From Acutalibacteraceae bacterium (GTDB taxonomy: Bacteria > Bacillota > Clostridia > Oscillospirales > Acutalibacteraceae): a stretch of 52,194 bases of DNA. Positions 35,421 through 44,880 of this stretch are shown here, piece by piece. Position numbers and translations under genes: made by a program. The notes beneath the pieces are model-generated. The model was not told the origin of the DNA. It searched no databases and saw only the letters and a list, made by a program, of their open reading frames with translations. Numbering within the stretch: the stretch's first letter is position 1; each line of letters begins with the position of its first letter. Location: contig JBJEOP010000065.1 in assembly GCA_051880775.1 (NCBI GenBank), positions 1-52,194 on the forward strand, written 5' to 3'.

Positions 35421-36179
35421 ATGAATTTTTCCGATCCGAGTAATATCTTTGAATGGGTAGTATATATAGCCTATGAATACAGATCTATGTTCCTTGAAGG
35501 TCTTTGGATAACATTATATATTTCAGTAATAGGTACGCTTGCAGGTTTTATTGTAGGATACCTTGTAGGTATGGTTCAGGATATTAAAATCAACAAACAA
35601 GATAACATAATCAAGCGTATTTTGATGAGAACATTAAAAATTATCTGCGTTGTTTATGTTGAGATTTTCAGAGGAACACCAATGATAGTACAGGGTATGA
35701 TAGTTTACTACGGCTTATTACAGGCAAATGTAAAGATTTCTCCTATATTTGCAGGTATTCTTGTTACTGTTCTTAATACCGGTGCTTATATGGCAGAAAC
35801 AGTCAGAGGCGGTATCAATTCTATCGACAAAGGACAAAAAGAGGGTGCGTGGTCACTCGGTATGTCACCTATGCTTACTATGTTCAGAGTAGTTCTTCCG
35901 CAGGCTTTCAAGAATGTTGTTCCTGAAATGGTTAATACATTCCTTACAAACCTCAAAATGACATCAGTTCTTAATGTTATCGGTGTTGCAGAGCTGTTCC
36001 TTGTTGCAAAGACAGCCGGCGGTACATATTACAAATACTTCGAGTCATATCTTGTAATTGCAATTATCTACTTTATACTTTGCTTTGTACTTAACCGTGT
36101 ATTCCTCTTGCTTGAAAAGAAACTCGCAAAGAAGAAAGACTACGAGCTTGCAGTTGAGTATATGCAGGAGTCAGCATAA
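35421..36179 (+). CDS. Amino-acid ABC transporter permease (His/Glu/Gln/Arg/opine family)
   Basis: IFRGTP.IVQ plus an EAA-type loop: TVRGGINSIDKGQKEGAWSLGMSP..TMFRVVLPQA. Confidence 0.85.
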   Translation: MNFSDPSNIFEWVVYIAYEYRSMFLEGLWITLYISVIGTLAGFIVGYLVGMVQDIKINKQDNIIKRILMRTLKIICVVYVEIFRGTPMIVQGMIVYYGLLQANVKISPIFAGILVTVLNTGAYMAETVRGGINSIDKGQKEGAWSLGMSPMLTMFRVVLPQAFKNVVPEMVNTFLTNLKMTSVLNVIGVAELFLVAKTAGGTYYKYFESYLVIAIIYFILCFVLNRVFLLLEKKLAKKKDYELAVEYMQESA

Positions 36180-36193
36180 GGAGGTATTAAGCT

Positions 36194-36979
36194 ATGTCAG
36201 AAAAAACATCAGAAAAGGTTATTGCTATTGAAAATCTGAGTAAATCATTCGGCGAACATCAGGTTCTCAGAAAAATAGACTTTGCTGTTGAGAAAGGTGA
36301 GGTTATCTGTATTGTCGGTTCATCGGGTTCAGGTAAATCAACATTACTGCGTTGTATCAATAAACTTGAACAACAGACCGATGGCAAGATTTTCTTTCAC
36401 GGCAAGGAGGTTGCAGATAAGCAAAAGGAAATCAACGAATATCGTTCAAAGGTAGGTATGGTTTTTCAGTCGTTTAACCTTTTTGATAATATGACTGTAC
36501 TCAAAAACTGTATGATTGCCGTTACAAGCGTCCTGCACGAATCTAAAAAAGAAGCCTTTGACCGTGCAATAAAGCATCTTAAAGCGGTAGGTATGGCACC
36601 GTACATCAACGCATATCCGTCACAGCTTTCCGGCGGACAAAAACAGCGTGTTGCTATTGCAAGAGCATTGTGTATGAACCCGGAGGTTCTGCTTTTTGAC
36701 GAACCTACTTCGGCACTTGACCCTGAGATGGTCGGAGATGTTCTTAATGTTATGAAAGAGCTTGCACATACAGGTCTTACAATGATAATTGTTACTCACG
36801 AAATGGCATTCGCAAGAGATGTATCTACAAGAACTATATTTATGGACAGAGGATATATTGTAGAAGACGCTCCGCCGCACGAGCTTTTCTATAATCCGAA
36901 AAATCCGAGAACAAGAGAATTTCTGTCGAGATTCCTTAAAGACCAGAAAGATAAAACGGAGGCAGTCGCAAATGGATAA
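36194..36979 (+). CDS. Amino-acid ABC transporter ATP-binding protein
   Basis: Walker [10 protein letters not shown], signature [15 protein letters not shown] and Walker [12 protein letters not shown]. Confidence 0.9.
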   Translation: MSEKTSEKVIAIENLSKSFGEHQVLRKIDFAVEKGEVICIVGSSGSGKSTLLRCINKLEQQTDGKIFFHGKEVADKQKEINEYRSKVGMVFQSFNLFDNMTVLKNCMIAVTSVLHESKKEAFDRAIKHLKAVGMAPYINAYPSQLSGGQKQRVAIARALCMNPEVLLFDEPTSALDPEMVGDVLNVMKELAHTGLTMIIVTHEMAFARDVSTRTIFMDRGYIVEDAPPHELFYNPKNPRTREFLSRFLKDQKDKTEAVANG

Positions 36980-37616
36980 TATTGTTATTACGGTTGCCCG
37001 TGGCTTTGGCAGCGGCGGAAAGGAAATTGCCTCAAAGGTTGCAAAGGATCTGGGAATATCCTGCTACGAAAACAGAATTCTTACCCTTGCCTCTCAGCTC
37101 AGCGGTCTTGATGAAGAGCTTTTTAACGAGGTTAATGAGCGTATAAGAAATAAAGGCGGTTTTGCAGCTTTTATGAAAGGCTTGCCAAGAGCAAGCAGCT
37201 ATATAACAAAGGGGAAATTTGTTTCTGACGATACACTTTTTGAGTATCAGAAAAAGATTATTGAGGAACTTGCGGATACGCAGTCGTGCGTAATCGTCGG
37301 CAAGTGTGCAGACTGGATACTCAGGGGCAGAGATAATGTAATAAGCCTGTATATTGAGGCTCCCCGTGATTTCTGCTTAAAGAGAACAATGGAGCATATG
37401 CAGGTAAATGAAAGCGTTGCCGAAAAGAATATAGTTACAACCGACAAATACCGTGCCAACTACTATAAGTATTACACCAAAGGTAACTACTGGACAAACC
37501 CAATCAACTATGACCTTACTCTTAACAGCGAAAAGGTTGGTATTGAGCAGTGTGTACAGCTGATTGAAAGCTATGTAAAAATCAAGATGGATTATCTTGG
37601 TATCAAAAAATTATAA
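36972..37616 (+). CDS. Cytidylate-kinase-like family protein (P-loop NTPase, 214 aa)
   Basis: [23 protein letters not shown]....ENRIL is typical of the cytidylate kinase-like family. It overlaps the upstream stop by 8 nt. Confidence 0.65.
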   Translation: MDNIVITVARGFGSGGKEIASKVAKDLGISCYENRILTLASQLSGLDEELFNEVNERIRNKGGFAAFMKGLPRASSYITKGKFVSDDTLFEYQKKIIEELADTQSCVIVGKCADWILRGRDNVISLYIEAPRDFCLKRTMEHMQVNESVAEKNIVTTDKYRANYYKYYTKGNYWTNPINYDLTLNSEKVGIEQCVQLIESYVKIKMDYLGIKKL

Positions 37617-37642
37617 TTTATAAATTTTTGGAGGAATTTACT

Positions 37643-38863
37643 ATGAAACTCAGTGAAACAGGACTTACCGCCGAAGAATTAAAAGGACTGGTAAACAAGT
37701 ATATGATTGAAACCTATGAGCGTTTCGATTTTATCGCTGAAACAGCTAAGGATATGTACATCTATGATGAAAAAGGCAACGCATATCTTGACTTCTATGC
37801 GGGTATTGCCGTAAACAGTGCCGGCAACTGCAACGAAAAGGTTATTGCGGCTATTCAGTCACAGGCGGCTGACCTCATTCATACATTCAACTATCCTTAT
37901 ACAATTCCTCAGGCACTGCTCGCAAAGAAAATCTGCGATACAATAGGTATGGACAAGATTTACTACCAAAACTCAGGTACAGAAGCAAACGAAGCTATGA
38001 TTAAGCTCGCAAGAAAATACGGTGTAGATAAATACGGCCCCGATAAATACGAAATTATCACAGCAAAAATGGGTTTCCACGGCAGAAGCTTCGGTTCAAT
38101 GTCGGCAACAGGTCAGCCTGATTCTGCAATTCAGAAAGGCTTCGGAGCGATGACTCCGGGCTTTAAATATGCTGAATACAATAATCTCAAAGCCTTTGAA
38201 GACGCGGTTACCGAGAACACAATCGCAATTATGATTGAGCCTGTACAGGGCGAAGGCGGCGTACACCCGGCTACCAAGGAATTTATGACAGGTCTTAGAA
38301 AACTTTGTAACGAAAAAGGCTTGTTGCTTTGTCTTGATGAGGTTCAGGCAGGTTGGTGCAGAACCGGTGAGGTTATGGCATATATGCACTACGGCATTAA
38401 GCCTGATATTGTATCAATGGCTAAGGCTATGGGCGGCGGACTTCCTATTGGTGCAATCTGTGCAACAAACGAAGTTGCAAAGTATTTCACAAGCGGTTCT
38501 CACGGCAGTACATACAGCGGCAACCCTGTTGCCTGTGCGGCATCTCTTGCTCAGATTACCGAACTGCTTGACAGGGATTTGGCGGGCAACGCAAAGAAAA
38601 TGGGCGAATACTTTATGAATAAGCTCAGAGAAGTTGTTCCACATGTAAAAGAGGTTCGTGGACTTGGACTTTTTGTCGGCGTTGAATTTGAGGACGGATT
38701 TAATGCAGTAGATATTAAGCACGAATGTTTCAACAGAAAACTTATTGTTACGGCAATAGGTTCAAACATTATCCGTATGGTACCGCCGCTTATTCTTAAA
38801 GAAGAACATTGTGACAAGGCAGCTGAAATCATTGCCGAGTCGGTAAAGGCACTCGAAAAATAA
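37643..38863 (+). CDS. Class III PLP-dependent aminotransferase (acetylornithine/ornithine/GABA-type)
   Basis: NSGTEANEAMIKLARKY, DEVQAGWCRTGE, the PLP-lysine region SMAKAMGGGLP and GSTYSGNP. RBS GGAGG precedes ATG 37643; the ORF track starts at TTG 37628. Confidence 0.85.
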   Translation: MKLSETGLTAEELKGLVNKYMIETYERFDFIAETAKDMYIYDEKGNAYLDFYAGIAVNSAGNCNEKVIAAIQSQAADLIHTFNYPYTIPQALLAKKICDTIGMDKIYYQNSGTEANEAMIKLARKYGVDKYGPDKYEIITAKMGFHGRSFGSMSATGQPDSAIQKGFGAMTPGFKYAEYNNLKAFEDAVTENTIAIMIEPVQGEGGVHPATKEFMTGLRKLCNEKGLLLCLDEVQAGWCRTGEVMAYMHYGIKPDIVSMAKAMGGGLPIGAICATNEVAKYFTSGSHGSTYSGNPVACAASLAQITELLDRDLAGNAKKMGEYFMNKLREVVPHVKEVRGLGLFVGVEFEDGFNAVDIKHECFNRKLIVTAIGSNIIRMVPPLILKEEHCDKAAEIIAESVKALEK

Positions 38864-38884
38864 TATTATTTTTTAAATTATCGG

Positions 38885-38920
38885 GAGGACGCACATTTTT
38901 AACTGGCTGCGTCCTCTTAT
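38885..38920 (+). terminator. Terminator-like hairpin after the aminotransferase gene
   Basis: Stem GAGGACGCA / TGCGTCCTC followed by TTATTAT, a weak T-run. Confidence 0.55.
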
Positions 38921-38933
38921 TATCACAAAAGAT

Positions 38934-39015
38934 GTCGGAACGCTGTCCCGAACCCTGCAAGGGCTGCTCGCCCTTGACCCCGGCAGGGGTATGATACCCC
39001 TGCACCCGCAATTTT
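38934..39015 (-). repeat. GC-rich triple-hairpin intergenic repeat, copy B (inverted relative to copy A)
   Basis: The reverse complement begins AAAATTGCGGGTGCAGGGG...CCCCTGCC.GGGTCAAGGGCGAGCAGCCCTTG, as in copy A. The third hairpin has a different sequence but still pairs (TCGGGAC-AGC-GTTCCGA). Confidence 0.85.
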
Positions 39016-39051
39016 AAACAGAAACAGTATCATAAAAAGAAGGTAAATGTT

Positions 39052-40182
39052 ATGAATTTTAATTATTCACTTCCCGTAAATCTTATGTTCGGAAAGGGAA
39101 AAACCGATATGGTAGGAACGGTCTGCAAGGACTATGGCAAAAAAGTACTTGTTGTAACAGGCGGAAACAGCACAAAAAAATCAGGTCTGCTTGATAAGGT
39201 TATTACTAAATTAAAAGAAAACGATGTTGAATCAGTAATATTTGACAAGGTTACACAAAATCCGCTTACCACAACCGTTTATGACGGGGTTGAACTTGCA
39301 AAAAAAGAAAGCTGCGATATGATACTCGGTGTTGGCGGCGGTTCTATTATGGACGCAGCAAAAAGCATTGCATTCTGTATGAAAAATGACGGCGATATTT
39401 CAGACTATATATTCGGCTTGAAGCAAAGCGAAAAAGCAATGACTATTATCCTTATTCCTACCACTTGCGGAACGGGCAGTGAGGGAAACCAGATTGCCGT
39501 TCTGACAAATCCCGAAACCAAGGACAAAAAGGCACTTTATACAATGAATATCTTGCCGAGTGTTTCAGTCATTGACCCCGATGTAATGAAAACAATGCCA
39601 AAGCATATTCTGTCATCAGTAGGCTTTGACGCATTTACTCATTCATTAGAGGCTTATACATCAAAGAAATCAAATCCGCTGACTGATATTCAGGCTTTGC
39701 TTGCAATAAAGCTTCTTGCAAAAAATCTTCCTGCACTTATTCAGAATTATGAAAATGACGATGCGTGGGAGGCTGTAAGCCTTGCATCTACTCTCGGCGG
39801 TATGGTAATAGGTGTTGCGGGTGTTTCAGCGGCACACGGTATGGAACATCCTGCGTCAGGATTAAAGAATATTGTTCACGGCAGAGGTCTTGCGGCACTT
39901 ACACCTATTATTGTTGAAAGGTCTGTATCATCACTTCCCGAAAAGTTTGCAGAGGTTTCAAAAATACTCGGCGGTAAGGACGAAAACGACTGTGCCGACA
40001 GCATAAGGCAATTTTTGAAGTCGATTGACCTTGAAGTGAAGCTGGGTGATTTGGGCATTACTCACGATGATGTGGATTGGATGACCGACAACTGTATGAA
40101 AATATCAATCGGCAACCTCAACAATGCACCAAAGGTTTTTGACAAAACAGAGGTTTCACAAATTTATCACGAGGCAATCTGA
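39052..40182 (+). CDS. Iron-containing (group III) alcohol dehydrogenase
   Basis: GVGGGSIMDAAKSIA is the NAD-binding motif. The metal-site histidines are in ...DAFTHSLEAY... and ...AAHGMEHP.... The protein is 376 aa. Confidence 0.85.
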   Translation: MNFNYSLPVNLMFGKGKTDMVGTVCKDYGKKVLVVTGGNSTKKSGLLDKVITKLKENDVESVIFDKVTQNPLTTTVYDGVELAKKESCDMILGVGGGSIMDAAKSIAFCMKNDGDISDYIFGLKQSEKAMTIILIPTTCGTGSEGNQIAVLTNPETKDKKALYTMNILPSVSVIDPDVMKTMPKHILSSVGFDAFTHSLEAYTSKKSNPLTDIQALLAIKLLAKNLPALIQNYENDDAWEAVSLASTLGGMVIGVAGVSAAHGMEHPASGLKNIVHGRGLAALTPIIVERSVSSLPEKFAEVSKILGGKDENDCADSIRQFLKSIDLEVKLGDLGITHDDVDWMTDNCMKISIGNLNNAPKVFDKTEVSQIYHEAI

Positions 40183-40258
40183 GGTAAATATATTATTTTC
40201 TAATCGGAAAACGATGTTTTTATCTGTATCTGAATTATAAAATTGCGAAGATCGATTC

Positions 40259-40302
40259 CTCATAACACGAATATTGTTGATTCAAATCCATTCTCCGCAA
40301 CC
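40259..40302 (+). repeat. Degenerate direct repeat of the 3' half of the initiator tRNA-Met (att-like remnant)
   Basis: CTCATAACACGAATATTGTTGATTCAAATCCATTCTCCGCAACC versus tRNA CTCATAACCCGAAGGTCGTTGGTTCAAATCCAGCCTCCGCAACC: 37/44 identical with no gaps. The 5' half of the tRNA is absent. Confidence 0.8.
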
Positions 40303-40306
40303 GGTC

Positions 40307-40352
40307 GAATGCCCCGACACGCAGATTGCGTATCGGGGCATTCTTTAATTTT
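40307..40352 (+). terminator. Intrinsic terminator directly after the tRNA-remnant
   Basis: An 11-bp stem GAATGCCCCGA / TCGGGGCATTC followed by TTTAATTTT. Confidence 0.75.
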
Positions 40353-40458
40353 ATGTTATTACAATTGTTTCTTATTAGAAATAATCATTTTGTGGTTTTA
40401 GGGACAATGACAAAATGAGTCTGACTGTGATATTTTAATTGAAAAAAATATATATCAA

Positions 40459-41784
40459 TTACGTATTTATTTTCACACTAATGTTTCCATCATCGTCTAT
40501 TACAAGTTTCAGGGTTTGTATGTATTTTTTAAAGAAATATTCCATTTCTTTGTCGTTAGCGTCAATACGGGCTTCTTCATAAATTTTTGATGCAAGCTCT
40601 CTGCCGTTAAGTGAAAGTATATCGGGAAGATATTGTTTCAGTATATCAAACAACACAAGTTTTTTGAATTCCTCAATTCTGCCCGAATAAAAATCATCAA
40701 TGGCACAGTAAAAAATATCGTGTTCAGTCAAAGTTTTCTTTATTGCTTCGCTGACCTTTGAATATTCAAACATTACAAGGAATTTTGCGTCGGGCAGTGA
40801 GGACATAAGTCCCCAATAATCAGAATCGCTCGAAAGTAAAATGAACGATGAAACGGAGTTTTTATAATGTTCCGTACATACACAGGCTGTCATTTTTATA
40901 TCGACAAGACTTTTGTTGTCCTTAATCCTGTCAACAAGGATATATTCAACAGGTATTTTTACGAATTTTTCTAATATCCGCCAGCCACAGTTTGTATTTA
41001 CATCATCAATAAGAATAATTTTGTTGATTTTTGAAAGTTCATCGGCATCAAGACTTGTTATAACACTGCACAGCTTATAAACATCTGAATTTTCGCAGTC
41101 AACAACTATTTCGGCACGGTCTGTGTCCTTGATGAAATTATATATTCTTTCTTTGACTGCTTCATCTGCGTCTATGTATTTTGATTTGCCTATAAAAATA
41201 TCGCCGTGCTGTGCATATATGAACGAGAGAAATTTCTTGTCGTTGTAAAGTATTCCGCCGCAATCGCTCGGTTTCCAGTGTACATACTGCTGAAAAGGAT
41301 AGTATTCAATATTTGCCATATATTTTGCAAATTCTTTTTTGAGTGTATCGTTCTTTGTGTAACCGGGAATGGCAAACAGGTCTTTTATATAATTCCAATT
41401 AACCCATTCAGGAAAGAGTCTTTGACAGTTGCCGATATTTTCGTTTATGTATTTATTGACCAGTTCGGTGTACTTTTGTGCGTTATAGTTACTGTGAATT
41501 ATTTTAATGCCATAATCTGACAACTGTTTTATATCTTCTTTGTCAAACCAGTCAAGTTTATCAAGGTTTTTCATATTATACTTGATTTCAGTATCTGTTT
41601 TCTTGAAGTTAAGCATAAGACTTGTACGCATTTTGGATAAATTACGGATAATAGTTGCGTCCCTGTCCGAGTAAAGCTGTTTTAAATTTTCAATATCACC
41701 GGAAAACATATCTTCGAGCATTGATTTCTTAATGCCTATCATATAGGCTGCGATAGTAACTATGTGTTGTGTATTAACGGTCAT
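40459..41784 (-). CDS. NYN/LabA-like (PIN-fold) putative ribonuclease domain protein with uncharacterised N-terminal half (441 aa)
   Basis: Residues about 225-345 read EIVVDCEN (DxEN), NKSLVDIKM and FILLSSDSDYWGLM, which match NYN signatures (iDgeN, K..aD, SgDsDf). Strong RBS AAGGAGG. The gene is monocistronic. Confidence 0.6.
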   Translation of the reverse strand: MTVNTQHIVTIAAYMIGIKKSMLEDMFSGDIENLKQLYSDRDATIIRNLSKMRTSLMLNFKKTDTEIKYNMKNLDKLDWFDKEDIKQLSDYGIKIIHSNYNAQKYTELVNKYINENIGNCQRLFPEWVNWNYIKDLFAIPGYTKNDTLKKEFAKYMANIEYYPFQQYVHWKPSDCGGILYNDKKFLSFIYAQHGDIFIGKSKYIDADEAVKERIYNFIKDTDRAEIVVDCENSDVYKLCSVITSLDADELSKINKIILIDDVNTNCGWRILEKFVKIPVEYILVDRIKDNKSLVDIKMTACVCTEHYKNSVSSFILLSSDSDYWGLMSSLPDAKFLVMFEYSKVSEAIKKTLTEHDIFYCAIDDFYSGRIEEFKKLVLFDILKQYLPDILSLNGRELASKIYEEARIDANDKEMEYFFKKYIQTLKLVIDDDGNISVKINT

Positions 41785-41815
41785 TTTTTGTCCTCCTTAT
41801 AAAGTTAATGATTAT

Positions 41816-41843
41816 ATTATACAGCATTTTTTCTGATTTACAA
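41816..41843 (-). promoter_or_regulatory. Sigma-A-like promoter for the NYN-like gene (TTGTAA, 16 nt spacer, TATAAT on the minus strand)
   Basis: On the minus strand this reads TTGTAA (41843-41838), a 16-nt spacer, then TATAAT (41821-41816). Confidence 0.45.
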
Positions 41844-41870
41844 ACAAAAAAACGAAAAAATATATGACAA

Positions 41871-41913
41871 AACGCAGATACTTTCCGAACTGAATATCAG
41901 ATGTATCTGCGTT
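41871..41913 (-). terminator. Terminator-like hairpin insulating the NYN-like gene from upstream minus-strand transcription
   Basis: An 11-bp stem AACGCAGATAC / GTATCTGCGTT. On the minus strand it is followed by TTTTGTCATATATTTTTT. Confidence 0.5.
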
Positions 41914-42042
41914 GATTTTGTGGAGCAGGAATTAACTTTACACTAATTCAAGGATAACTGATTGTATGTAACATACAAAAGTTTTATACATATAATATAA
42001 ATATGCGGAGCAGGAATTCCAAGGCCGCTTGATATAGATTAT

Positions 42043-42072
42043 GGGGAAAAAGTATGTACTTACTTTTTCCCC
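42043..42072. terminator. Hairpin 22 nt downstream of the ATPase stop (GGGGAAAAAGTA / TACTTTTTCCCC)
   Basis: A perfect 12-bp stem with a 6-nt loop. The U-run on the minus strand is weak. Confidence 0.45.
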
Positions 42073-42093
42073 ATTGTCATTTTTGTTGTACAA

Positions 42094-44730
42094 TCAGTGA
42101 TGTCGATTCTGAAAGAATTTTTCGATTTCAACAATTAAAAGCGGCGATATGGACAGAAGTGCCGTAATAAACCACTGAAACGGTGTGAGCGGTACAGCTT
42201 TGAAGATTGACGAAAGTGCAGGAACGGAAATCACCGTAACCTGCATAATTACTCCGGCAATAAATGCTCCTATGAGCTTGATATTGCTGAAAATTCCTGT
42301 TTGAAAGACGGATTTTTCACTGCGGAGATTGAAGGAATGTACAAGCTGACTTAAACTCAGTACGGCAAAAGTCATTGTACGTCCTACAACGGGGTCGCCG
42401 CCGTTGTCGAAAAATATACGTCCTGCTGTGAACGCCAAAAAAGCAACAGCACCTATAAAACAGCCCTCTATTATTATGTTGAACGACATACCGCCGTAAA
42501 ATATGCTGTGGCGTGTGTCTGACGGCTTTTTTTCCATTATATCCGGGGCAGGAGGTTCAACGCCGAGGGCAAGTGCCGGGAGAGAATCAGTTACCAGATT
42601 TATCCACAAAAGCTGTATTGCAAGCAAGGGGGAAGGCAAACGCAGAAGAAAAGAACAGAGTACAGTAAGGATTTCACCGATGTTGCTTGAAAGAAGAAAA
42701 TGTACGGTCTTGCGTATGTTTTCAAAAATGCCACGTCCCTGTTCAACAGCCTCAACGATTGTTGCGAAGTTATCGTCGGTAAGTATCATATCGGCGGCGT
42801 TTTTTGCTACATCTGTTCCGCCTATTCCCATAGCACAGCCGATGTCGGCACAGCTGAGAGCAGGAGCGTCGTTTACTCCGTCACCTGTCATTGCAACAAC
42901 ATTACCCCGTGCCTGAAAAGCCTTGACTATCCGCACTTTATGTTCGGGTGAAACACGGGCAAAAACCGAATAGTTGTATATTTGGTTTTGAAGCTCGGTC
43001 TGACTGAGTTTGTCAAGCTCAGTGCCTGTGATTGCTTTATCCTTTTCGGTAAAAATTCCAAGCTGGGATGCTATTGCTTTTGCAGTAACGATATGGTCAC
43101 CGGTTATCATTACGGGGCGTATTCCTGCTTTTTTGCAACGGGTTACAGCACCTTTGGCTTGTGGACGGGGTGGGTCTGTCATACCGATAAAGCCGCAGAA
43201 TGTAAGACCCTTTTCGGCTGAGTCGTCAAGCGGGGGAACGGTTCCGCTGTCCTTGTATGCAACGGCAATTACACGCATTGCCTTTTGTGCAAGAGCGTCG
43301 TTTTCCGACAGTAAACGGCGGCGTATGCTGTCGCTCATTGGCACAGTGCCGTTTTCCGTGCGGACAAAACGGCAGAGTAAAAGCAGAATATCGGGGGCAC
43401 CTTTTGTAATAATACGGCAGCCGCCTGTTGAAAGGCGGTGAATGGTGGTCATTCGTTTGCGTTTTGAATCAAAGGGGATTTCGCCTATACGCCTGAACTG
43501 TTCGTCGAGAGAGTTTTTTGGTCGGTCGGCATTGGCGGCGGCAATAACAAGGGCGGTTTCGGTTGGGTCGCCGTCGGCGTGATATTCGTTTGATTTTTTG
43601 TACAATATACTGTTGTTGCAAAGAGAGGCGAGTGAAAGTATGAATGTTCCGCTGTCGGAATGTGCAGACACTGTTCCGTCAGGAGTTGAAATATTTGCAA
43701 CGGTCATTTTATTCTGTGTGAGAGTTCCTGTTTTGTCGGAGCATATTACCGTTGCACTGCCGAGAGTTTCAACGGCGGAAAGGCGGCGGACTATTGCACG
43801 GTGAAGTGCCATTTTTCGCACACCGAGTGCAAGCACGATTGTCACAACGGCAGGGAGTCCCTCGGGAATTGCGGCAACGGCAAGGCTTATTGAAATCATA
43901 AACATATCAAGCGGCGGTACTTTTTGCATCATTCCGAGTCCGAATATAATGATACATATAATTACTGCACCTATGCCGAGCAGCTTTCCTGTTTTTGCAA
44001 GACTTTTCTGCAATGGCGTCTGCGGAATTTCCTCGTTATTTATCATAGAGGCAATTTTGCCGATTTGAGTGTTCATACCTGTTTCAACAACAACGGCTGT
44101 TCCGTGTCCGGCACTGACAAAGGTTGATGAATAGAGCATATTCACCCTGTCGGCAGTAGGGGTATCAGGCGGACAAATTGCGTCGGGGTGTTTGTCGCAT
44201 GGAACAGATTCACCCGTCAGGGAGGATTCCTCCGCTTTAAGCGAAAAACCGTCTATCAGTCTTGCGTCGGCACACAAAAGGTCGCCTGCCTCAACGGAAA
44301 TTATATCACCCGGAACAAGTTCGTCTGAAAGAACGCTTTTCACTCTGCCGTCACGGATAACCCGTGAATGAGGTGCCGAAAGTTCTTTGAGAGCGTCAAT
44401 CGCCTTTTCGGCTTTACATTCCTGAACGGTTCCTATAACCGCATTAAGAATTACTATGAGCAAAATCATAACGGGGTCGATAAAATCGCCGTTCCCCTCG
44501 AATATTGCTGTAAAAAACGAAACAGCAGCTGCAATAAGAAGTATAAGAACCATAAAATCAGCAAACTGCGAAAAGAATTTAACGATAATACCCTTTTTCT
44601 TTTTTTGTTCAAGCCTGTTATATCCGTATTTTTCAAGACGCTTTTTAGCTTCACCTGACGAAAGACCTTTTTTATCATTGGTGTTCAGTTTATTTATTGC
44701 CTTACTGCACGGCATACTGTGCCACTCCAT
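42094..44730 (-). CDS. P-type (type IIA, Ca2+-transporting-like) cation ATPase
   Basis: The motifs are TGES, PEGLPAVVTIVLALG, the phosphorylation site CSDKTGTLTQN, MITGDH and TGDGVNDAPAL. RBS GGGGAG precedes ATG at 44730; the ORF track extends to 44841. Confidence 0.9.
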   Translation of the reverse strand: MEWHSMPCSKAINKLNTNDKKGLSSGEAKKRLEKYGYNRLEQKKKKGIIVKFFSQFADFMVLILLIAAAVSFFTAIFEGNGDFIDPVMILLIVILNAVIGTVQECKAEKAIDALKELSAPHSRVIRDGRVKSVLSDELVPGDIISVEAGDLLCADARLIDGFSLKAEESSLTGESVPCDKHPDAICPPDTPTADRVNMLYSSTFVSAGHGTAVVVETGMNTQIGKIASMINNEEIPQTPLQKSLAKTGKLLGIGAVIICIIIFGLGMMQKVPPLDMFMISISLAVAAIPEGLPAVVTIVLALGVRKMALHRAIVRRLSAVETLGSATVICSDKTGTLTQNKMTVANISTPDGTVSAHSDSGTFILSLASLCNNSILYKKSNEYHADGDPTETALVIAAANADRPKNSLDEQFRRIGEIPFDSKRKRMTTIHRLSTGGCRIITKGAPDILLLLCRFVRTENGTVPMSDSIRRRLLSENDALAQKAMRVIAVAYKDSGTVPPLDDSAEKGLTFCGFIGMTDPPRPQAKGAVTRCKKAGIRPVMITGDHIVTAKAIASQLGIFTEKDKAITGTELDKLSQTELQNQIYNYSVFARVSPEHKVRIVKAFQARGNVVAMTGDGVNDAPALSCADIGCAMGIGGTDVAKNAADMILTDDNFATIVEAVEQGRGIFENIRKTVHFLLSSNIGEILTVLCSFLLRLPSPLLAIQLLWINLVTDSLPALALGVEPPAPDIMEKKPSDTRHSIFYGGMSFNIIIEGCFIGAVAFLAFTAGRIFFDNGGDPVVGRTMTFAVLSLSQLVHSFNLRSEKSVFQTGIFSNIKLIGAFIAGVIMQVTVISVPALSSIFKAVPLTPFQWFITALLSISPLLIVEIEKFFQNRHH

Positions 44731-44880
44731 ACTTTCACTCCCCTGTTTCTGTGTCACTAACATATATATTAACTTTTCCGTAAAATTATCCGACAATAAC
44801 TCCACACTCCACTCTCCACACTCTCTGCACTGTTTTTGCATAGTATGGAAAAGGACTATGCTTGTTGGGACGGTGAAAGA

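Larger units (their letters stand above)
26163..40302. mobile_element. Putative decayed tRNA-fMet-associated genomic island (about 14.1 kb) bounded by the tRNA 3' end and a degenerate direct repeat of it
   Basis: The 44-nt segment 40259-40302 is 37/44 identical and ungapped to tRNA positions 26118-26161. An integrase fragment lies next to the tRNA. The cargo includes a Type I R-M operon. Confidence 0.5.

Noticed and set aside
41922-42018. A direct repeat GGAGCAGGAATT (41922-41933 and 42007-42018; 14/16 over TG(T/C)GGAGCAGGAATT(A/C)), partly resembling the tRNA 5' end (GTGGAGCAG), considered as a second att site
   Set aside because: The match is too short. A 9-12-mer coincidence in 52 kb is plausible by chance, and there is no extended similarity to the tRNA or to 40259-40302.
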